Assembly: GCA_965207735.1 (NCBI GenBank)
Contig: OZ242296.1
Span: forward strand, 3,968,001 to 4,032,000
Source of the DNA: Candidatus Versatilivorator sp.
Lineage (GTDB): Bacteria; Acidobacteriota; Terriglobia; Versatilivoradales; Versatilivoraceae
Direction: 5' to 3'
DNA: 64,000 nucleotides
Shown one piece after another: positions 57,876 to 64,000 of the stretch (within the stretch, counting starts at the first letter, position 1; each line of letters begins with the position of its first letter). The notes under the pieces were generated by a model that ran no database searches, had not been told where the DNA came from, and worked only from the letters and a program-made list of their open reading frames with translations. Position numbers and translations under genes: made by a program.

Positions 57876-60233
57876 TTGAAGAGTCGCGACGAACTGAGAC
57901 GAGAGAACGAGAGGCTTCGGGAACGCATCTCCGAACTGAGCGCGGCCAGTCTGCGCATCAGCGCCAGCCTCGATCTCGACACTGTCTTGGGCGAGGTGGT
58001 GGAAAGCGCCCGCTCTCTGACCGGCGCCGGCTATGGTGGGATCGTGACCAGCGGCGAGTCGGGACGAGCCTTCGACTTCGTCTCTTCCGGACTGACCACC
58101 GAAGAGCACCGCCAGTTGCTGGAGTGGGCCGAGGGGCCGCGGCCGTGCCAACACGTCCGCGACCTTGAAGGCACGCTGACAATGAAGGACCTGCACGGTT
58201 ACATCCGGGCCCTGGGCTTTTCCCCGCACGCGGTGGTGCCGAAGACCGTGCAGGCGACGGCGCTTCGACACCGGGGTGTGCACCTCGGCAACTTCTTTCT
58301 GGCCGGGAAGGCCGGAGGAGCGGAGTTCACCAAAGAGGACGAGGAGGTGCTGTTGTTGTTCGCGGCGCAGGCAGCCACGGCCATCGCCAACGCGCGCACC
58401 TATCGTGACGAGCATCGGTCCCGGACCGACCTGGAGGCCCTGGTCGACACCTCGCCGGTGGGGGTGGTGGTCTTCGATGCACGGACCGGGAAACCGGTGT
58501 TATTCAATCGGGAGGCGAGGCGAATTGTCGAGGGACTGGTCCTGCCGGGACACTCGGCGGAGCAGTTGCTGGAGGTGGCGACGTGCCGGCGTGCCGACGG
58601 ACGGGAGATCTCATTGGAAGAGTCTCCCCTGACGCAAGTGCTGAGCACTGCGACAACGGTGCGGGCCGAGGAGATCGTGCTCGAGGTTCCCGACGGTCGG
58701 AGTGTCAACATGCTGGTCAACGTCACTCCGATCCATTCCGAGGATGGCGTGGTCGAGTCAGTGATCGTTACCCTGCAGGACATGGCGCCGCTGGAGGAGA
58801 TGGAGCGGTCGCGGTCCGAGTTTCTGAGCCTGGTGAGCCACGAACTGCGGGTGCCGCTGAGCTCTATCAAGGGCTTGGCCGCCACTGTCAAGGAAGCCTC
58901 TCCCGATCCGGATCCGGGCGAGATGGCGCAGTTTTTCCGCATCATCGAACAACAGGCCGATCACATGCGGGGCCTGATCAGCGACCTGCTGGACGCGGGC
59001 CGTATCGAGGCCGGCACTCTGTCGGTCACGCCGGAGGCGGCACCGGTGGCCGCCCTGGTGGACCAGGCCAGGAGCACCTTCCTGAGTGGGGGCGGCCGTC
59101 ATGCCATCCTGATCGATCTGCCGCCGGACCTGCCCCGGGTGCTGGCTGACCGGCGCCGCATCGTCCAGGTCCTCAACAACCTCTTCTCCAATGCCTCGAG
59201 GCACTCTCCCGCGACACTGCCCATCCGGGTCTCAGCCGTGCGGGACGGACTTCACCTGGCCATCTCGGTCTCCGACCAAGGCCGGGGCATACCGCCGGAG
59301 CAGTTGCCACACCTGTTCCGCAAGTACGCCCGTGTCGGAGACAGCGAAGGCGGCATCAGCGGCTCTGGCCTGGGGCTGGCCATCTGCAAGGGACTGGTCG
59401 AAGCCCATGGAGGCCGTATCCGGGCCGAGAGCGGCGGAGCCGGCCTGGGCGCGCGGTTCACCTTCACGATTCCGGTGGCCGAGGAGACTCCTCTCCGCGC
59501 CGCTGCCGGCATAGCCAGCAGCTCCTCGCGATCGCCTCGGGGAAAACAGGAGGGAACGCCCATCCTGGTGGTGGACGACGACCCGTTGACGCTCCGCCTG
59601 GTTCGGAGCGCTCTCTCGGCCGAGGGCTACGAACCGCTTGTGACGGGAGACCCGCGGGAGGTGCCTTATCTGATCAAGACCCGGAAGCCACAACTGGTCC
59701 TGCTGGACCTGGTGCTGCCCGGGACCGATGGCATCGAGTTGATGGAGAGCCTTCCGGAGATGGCCGATCTGCCGGTCATCTTCATCTCGGGCTATGGAAG
59801 GGACGAGACGATTGTAAAGGCCCTGCGGAGGGGAGCCACCGATTACATCGTCAAGCCCTTCTCGCCGACCGAACTGGCGGCCAGAGTGCACGCGGCTCTA
59901 CGAAGACGCACTGAGCCGTCGGAGCCCTTCAGGCTGGGGGACCTGGCCATCGACTACGAGAGTCGCCGAGTCACGCTGGCCGGCCGGCGGGTGGAACTGA
60001 CCGCCACCGAATACGAGCTGCTCCGCGTGCTTTCAGTCAACGCCGGACGGGTCGTGACCCACGATTCCCTGCTGCGCCAAGTGTGGTCCCGGCGGGAATC
60101 CGGCAACACCCGGCTGGTGAGCGCCTTTGTGAAGCGTCTTCGCCACAAGCTGGGCGATGACGCCACCCACCCCTCCTACATCTTTACCGAACGCCAAGTC
60201 GGCTACCGCATGGCCAGAGAGGACGACCGGTGA
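57876..60233 (+). CDS. Cytoplasmic hybrid sensor kinase/response regulator: GAF-PAS-HisKA-HATPase-REC-OmpR-type winged helix
   Basis: SHELRVPL (H box), QVLNNLFSNA (N), DQGRGI (G1), GSGLGLAI (G2), VVDDD/LLDL/KPF (REC), LTATEYELL..LLRQVW..LRHKL..YIFTERQVGYR (trans_reg_C); TTG start; no membrane segment seen. Confidence 0.93.
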   Translation: MKSRDELRRENERLRERISELSAASLRISASLDLDTVLGEVVESARSLTGAGYGGIVTSGESGRAFDFVSSGLTTEEHRQLLEWAEGPRPCQHVRDLEGTLTMKDLHGYIRALGFSPHAVVPKTVQATALRHRGVHLGNFFLAGKAGGAEFTKEDEEVLLLFAAQAATAIANARTYRDEHRSRTDLEALVDTSPVGVVVFDARTGKPVLFNREARRIVEGLVLPGHSAEQLLEVATCRRADGREISLEESPLTQVLSTATTVRAEEIVLEVPDGRSVNMLVNVTPIHSEDGVVESVIVTLQDMAPLEEMERSRSEFLSLVSHELRVPLSSIKGLAATVKEASPDPDPGEMAQFFRIIEQQADHMRGLISDLLDAGRIEAGTLSVTPEAAPVAALVDQARSTFLSGGGRHAILIDLPPDLPRVLADRRRIVQVLNNLFSNASRHSPATLPIRVSAVRDGLHLAISVSDQGRGIPPEQLPHLFRKYARVGDSEGGISGSGLGLAICKGLVEAHGGRIRAESGGAGLGARFTFTIPVAEETPLRAAAGIASSSSRSPRGKQEGTPILVVDDDPLTLRLVRSALSAEGYEPLVTGDPREVPYLIKTRKPQLVLLDLVLPGTDGIELMESLPEMADLPVIFISGYGRDETIVKALRRGATDYIVKPFSPTELAARVHAALRRRTEPSEPFRLGDLAIDYESRRVTLAGRRVELTATEYELLRVLSVNAGRVVTHDSLLRQVWSRRESGNTRLVSAFVKRLRHKLGDDATHPSYIFTERQVGYRMAREDDR

Positions 60234-60286
60234 GGGCTCCCTCCGCTTCGGGTCGAACGGCCAGCGAACGAGGCCTCTTACTCGGA

Positions 60287-60319
60287 TTATCAAGTAACAA
60301 AAAGGACGTTATGTTACAC
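60287..60319. other. Overlapping degenerate dif-like half-sites at the right border of the accessory region
   Basis: TTATCAAG (60287-60294) as in the 29663 arm, overlapping AAGTAACAAAA-aggacg-TTATGTTACAC (60292-60319) with a XerD-like right arm. Confidence 0.4.
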
Positions 60320-60558
60320 GGTTTGAGGAGGCAGACTTCATGCCCAATTCAGGACCAGACGCACATAGATTGGAGCTCCTGGAGGAGAGGTGGCCTTCGT
60401 AGTTTGGACAAGTTCCCAGGCCGAACAAGTTGAAGTCGTTAGGTCGTCTCTGCCTTTGGGATGTAGGGGCCCGCAACACGGGTGATCTCTCCCAGAAATA
60501 GATCCAGCGTCTTTGCTGTTCATGGTGGCGGCGATTCTATCGACCGGGGCTTTCGGGA

Positions 60559-62145
60559 TCAACGGTAACGCACCCACAGCTCAACCTCGGTCAGCTCCAG
60601 CGTGGCCGTGACCATCGGATTGCGTTTCTTGAGGAAGAAACGGACTTCGTTGCTGCCGGGCCTGGGATAGGGACCCGAGGTCAGGTCGATCTCGATCCAG
60701 CGCTCGCCGAAAGCCACCGGGTCGGCCTGGCAGCGCTGCTGGGAGCGGGGAATGGGCGCTCCGTTGAGATGGACCTCCCACTCGTCGCTTTCAGGGGTGA
60801 TCCCGGGGACGCCCAACTTCAGATTCACTTCCTTGACCAGCCCGGTGGCCGCTGCCGCCGGGAGGTCATCGCCCACAATCAGGGATACGGAATGGCCGCT
60901 GGCCCGGATGTCCAGCTTCCTGGGAATCTGCCTTGGGATGTCAGCCAGGTCGTGCCTGGCGTTGGGTAGCAGGAAGTAGTGCTTGTCTCGCAGCCGGATG
61001 CCCTCGGGATCGCCGATCTCCCGCAGGATTCTCCGGTCGTCCTGGCAGAGAGGGTGGGGGCGATGGTTGAAGAAGTTGTAGAGGTAGAGGCTGTCTACCC
61101 CTGCCTGCCAGTATCTGGAGGCCGCCGCCCGGAACTGCTCGTCGCTGACGTCCATTCTCTGCTCCAGGCAGGGCGACACCGCGATGGAAGTCCCGGAGGT
61201 CAGCTCCAGGAATTCTTCCACCGGAACCTCCATGTTGAACCGGATGTAGTGCTTGGGTACGACCGAATCCACCAGGCCCTCCTCGATCCAGGCCTGAACG
61301 TCCAGTCCGATCCCGAGGGCTCCTTCCAGTGTTCTCGGCACCAGCACCTGGAGCTTTAATTCCCTCCCCTTCTCACGCGCGATTTCCTGCATGCGGCGGC
61401 GCACCTTCCTCACGAATTCCGTCATGACGGGCGCCTTGCCGCGGGCCTCCTCCGGCTTGAAGTAGAAGGGGTGCCTCAGGAAATCGAGCTCGAAGCCCTC
61501 GATGTCATAGCGCTGACAGGTTTCCTCAATGATGGCCAGGTGAAAGTCGTGGATCTTCGAGTGGGAGAAGTCGAAGAGATGCCGGGAATAGTGCTTTGTA
61601 TTGCCGCCGATGCGCAATTCCGGGTGCTGGTGCCAGAAGGTCCCGGTCCAGAAATTCTTCTCCGGTCCCTCCTTGGAGTAGGCGAAATGGGCATCGTTCA
61701 TGCGCTGGCTGACAAAATACTGCAGCCCTCGCTGGTGAGCGCGCTCGCCCAGCACCCGTACCGGGTCGTTCCCCTGCTCCACCAGGTGGCGGGCGTTCTC
61801 CCCTCTTCGAAAATCGAAGGCGCTGGAATACTTCCCCTTGGCCAGGTCCCAAGCCCTTTCGCCCACCTTGGTGTCGTGCAGGAAGACCCGCGGAAGCACC
61901 AGGCAGTAGACGTACCGGTCAACCGGAATTCCCGAGAACTGATCCACCAGGTCGGTGAGCTCCTCCACCTTCATGGGGTAGCGGTGGGGGATGAACACCA
62001 CGCTGTTGCCGTCGTCGTTGTAGATCAGGCGAGGCTTGCCGGTCCGGCTCCGAGTCTCGCGCCCGGAGCCCGAGCTCGGAGCCGTTGCTGCCAGCAGTCC
62101 GGCGGCGCCGGCGCCGATCTTGAGAAACTGTCGTCTAGTGGACAT
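60559..62145 (-). CDS. Tat-exported glycoside-hydrolase-like TIM-barrel protein (GHL10-like)
   Basis: STRRQFLK Tat motif; LIYNDDG, SQRMNDAH, FWHQHPE, RYDIEGFELDFLRH, YLYNF. Confidence 0.75.
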   Translation of the reverse strand: MSTRRQFLKIGAGAAGLLAATAPSSGSGRETRSRTGKPRLIYNDDGNSVVFIPHRYPMKVEELTDLVDQFSGIPVDRYVYCLVLPRVFLHDTKVGERAWDLAKGKYSSAFDFRRGENARHLVEQGNDPVRVLGERAHQRGLQYFVSQRMNDAHFAYSKEGPEKNFWTGTFWHQHPELRIGGNTKHYSRHLFDFSHSKIHDFHLAIIEETCQRYDIEGFELDFLRHPFYFKPEEARGKAPVMTEFVRKVRRRMQEIAREKGRELKLQVLVPRTLEGALGIGLDVQAWIEEGLVDSVVPKHYIRFNMEVPVEEFLELTSGTSIAVSPCLEQRMDVSDEQFRAAASRYWQAGVDSLYLYNFFNHRPHPLCQDDRRILREIGDPEGIRLRDKHYFLLPNARHDLADIPRQIPRKLDIRASGHSVSLIVGDDLPAAAATGLVKEVNLKLGVPGITPESDEWEVHLNGAPIPRSQQRCQADPVAFGERWIEIDLTSGPYPRPGSNEVRFFLKKRNPMVTATLELTEVELWVRYR

Positions 62146-62291
62146 GGAAGAGACACCTTTCCCTGTGCGGTCATTGGGGCGCCGGCCGGAGCCGGGGCTC
62201 TACTGGTGTTGATTAAGTCAAGGACAGGCTAACAAAAACGCCGCCGTCTGGGAAGTTGCGCGAACCCGGGGCCGTGGCCTGCAGGAGCGTC

Positions 62292-64000
62292 TCAACGACC
62301 GTTCGGGCCCTGAGCCTGTGGTTGGCTCAAGGGGTTGGCCAGCACCGGCAGGCGAGGAATATCTCCGGGGGGCCGTCTCAGCGCCAGGTCTTCGAACAGG
62401 AGCGAGGGCACCACCAGCGAGACGATCGGAGGTGGCCCCATGAAACCCATGGCAGAAAAGGGATTGGTCATCGGGAGACGCATGGTCGTATGGTGGGGAG
62501 TCAGAGCCTCGGAGGCAGCCGCGATTTCCCGGAAGCTGGACGCGCTCAATCCCAAAATGACCGCCTTGCGAATCAACTCCTCACGCCCGTCGGGAAATAC
62601 CTTGTAGGCCTCGGTTAGAGGCTTGAGCTTCGGTCTCGCCTCCTCACCCGGCATCGCGAAAAAGACATTTCGGTCTCGAGACAACGTCATTTCGGGACTG
62701 CCGATCCGGCGCACCACGATTCCGAAATCCAGGCCCCGCTCTTCCACCAGGTCGAGCAACTCCTGCCTGATTTCCTCCTGTTTCGACCCATTCTGCGGCA
62801 TCAGGAAGAGGTTGGAGGGACTTGGTCCCGTATTTCTTCGATTCCCCGTACTGTTGGACACCCCTGAAACCGGGGTGCGGGTGGCAAGCAGGGTCTTGAG
62901 AATGCCCCTTTGGACGACTGTTGTGCGGCGGGAGCGCACCCCCTCCTCATCGACCTCATACCCCCCCAGCAGCGGCGCTTCGCCGTGACTTCCGGCCGTG
63001 GGGTCGTCGATGAGGCTGAGAAACCCGGGCAGGACCCTGGAGCCCAGCTTTTCCAGGAACGGATTTGGGGGCGCAGACCCGAATCGGCCGAATATGGGAT
63101 CGTCGGAAATAGGGGTCCGCAGAGCCAGCAGCCTGGGCGCCAGAATCTGGCTGACAAGCTCTGCCGCGGCCTGCCCTTCAAACAACACCGGCCCGTTGTA
63201 ACGCTCCACGAACCCGGCTCCCTGGAGCCGACCCAAGCGTTCAGCCAGGGCCCGGATTCTTGCCGCCAGTTCGGCCTGTTCCGGCAGATCCTTCCATTGA
63301 CGGCCGCGTGCGACCACGAAGTCTTCCAGGTGTGTCCCGTCGACGGCCTGGGTGGCCGCCAGGGCCCGGATGGAAGCAGAGGAGAAGTTCCTGATGTAGG
63401 AAGAGCCTTCGCTGTTGATGAAGTAGATCTTTGCGCGACTCAGGCCGGCGCTGACCCTGGAGTCGAAGACCTGCGGCATACCCTTGAAGAGGGCGGACAA
63501 TTCCTGCACTGTCTCCTCCAGCTGAGCCTCAGCCGGCAGCGGCGCCTGGGTACCGTCGTCTCTGTACTCGACCGGCTCTTCCCGGCTGAAGTCGGGGATT
63601 TCCTCGACCCGCGTCTTGTTCTGAAGACTGGCGCGCTTCTTGGCGAGGCTGTGGACGGCCTGCTTGTAGGCGCCGTCTGTAGCCAGCCAGATCTGCCGCC
63701 TCAGCTCCTTGTAGTCGTCCCGCAACGGGAGAGAGACGGGAAACCCCTCTGGGACCACCCTGGAACGCATTCTTCCGAAATCCATGAAATTGGTGTTGTC
63801 AAGGTCGTGATCTCCGACCCTCAGCTCCACCGACAGATATCGGCTGCCGCTCCCGCTGCCGCGGCCAAGCAGTCCGCCCAGAATGGCCGTGCGACTCCGA
63901 CCATCGGATTCCCGAACCCAGTAGGCCACGTAATAGGGCCTGTCCATGTCCTCCAGTTGCAGCCTTTCGATGGTCCGGCCCATCTCGTCCCGCAGGGCCT
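62292..64000 (-). CDS. TldD/PmbA-related metallopeptidase family protein (5' end beyond window)
   Basis: ALRDEM at the edge, PYYVAY, LRVGDHDLDN, YNGPVLFEG, IDDPT, YEVDEEGV, GILKTLL, VFPDGREELIR, PSLLFED. Confidence 0.85.
   Translation of the reverse strand, partial: ALRDEMGRTIERLQLEDMDRPYYVAYWVRESDGRSRTAILGGLLGRGSGSGSRYLSVELRVGDHDLDNTNFMDFGRMRSRVVPEGFPVSLPLRDDYKELRRQIWLATDGAYKQAVHSLAKKRASLQNKTRVEEIPDFSREEPVEYRDDGTQAPLPAEAQLEETVQELSALFKGMPQVFDSRVSAGLSRAKIYFINSEGSSYIRNFSSASIRALAATQAVDGTHLEDFVVARGRQWKDLPEQAELAARIRALAERLGRLQGAGFVERYNGPVLFEGQAAAELVSQILAPRLLALRTPISDDPIFGRFGSAPPNPFLEKLGSRVLPGFLSLIDDPTAGSHGEAPLLGGYEVDEEGVRSRRTTVVQRGILKTLLATRTPVSGVSNSTGNRRNTGPSPSNLFLMPQNGSKQEEIRQELLDLVEERGLDFGIVVRRIGSPEMTLSRDRNVFFAMPGEEARPKLKPLTEAYKVFPDGREELIRKAVILGLSASSFREIAAASEALTPHHTTMRLPMTNPFSAMGFMGPPPIVSLVVPSLLFEDLALRRPPGDIPRLPVLANPLSQPQAQGPNGR

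Larger units (their letters stand above)
47482..58164. repeat. Segmental duplication copy 2 (partner 29663-40450)
   Basis: Colinear with copy 1 apart from two deletions and the diverged NHL loops and C-terminal patches. Confidence 0.92.

Noticed and set aside
1-64000. tRNA, rRNA or known riboswitch
   Set aside because: None recognised by eye; a covariance-model scan (tRNAscan-SE, Infernal/Rfam) would be needed to exclude them.

Overview
High-GC bacterial DNA. The gene content (PSD1/DUF1501 pair, PhyH dioxygenases, cadherin/FN3/NHL/spondin proteins, an NHLP peptide ending in LCCCW) suggests an Acidobacteriota-like marine sponge symbiont; this is inference. Positions 1-13.8 kb and 60.5-64 kb carry ordinary metabolic and housekeeping genes. 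Between them is a ~46 kb rearranged accessory region. It holds an IS, a truncated proteusin-type RiPP precursor (core LCCCW), and three giant secreted proteins sharing a ~1040-aa C-terminal module joined at a poly-Gly hinge. It also holds two intact and one collapsed NHL-repeat genes with hypervariable loops, three copies of one promoter region, and one intact plus one truncated single-polypeptide kinase/response regulator. Plasmid-type cargo includes a RepB-primase-like remnant, parA/parG, MazEF-like and HigBA pairs and a DUF4041 gene. A ~10.7 kb block is duplicated (29663-40450 vs 47482-58164). Several module borders coincide with dif-like 11-6/7-11 palindromic sites, which suggests a tyrosine-recombinase cassette array carrying variable surface proteins. 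No recombinase, reverse transcriptase, rRNA, tRNA or CRISPR array was recognised. All product calls come from motif recognition, not database searches.
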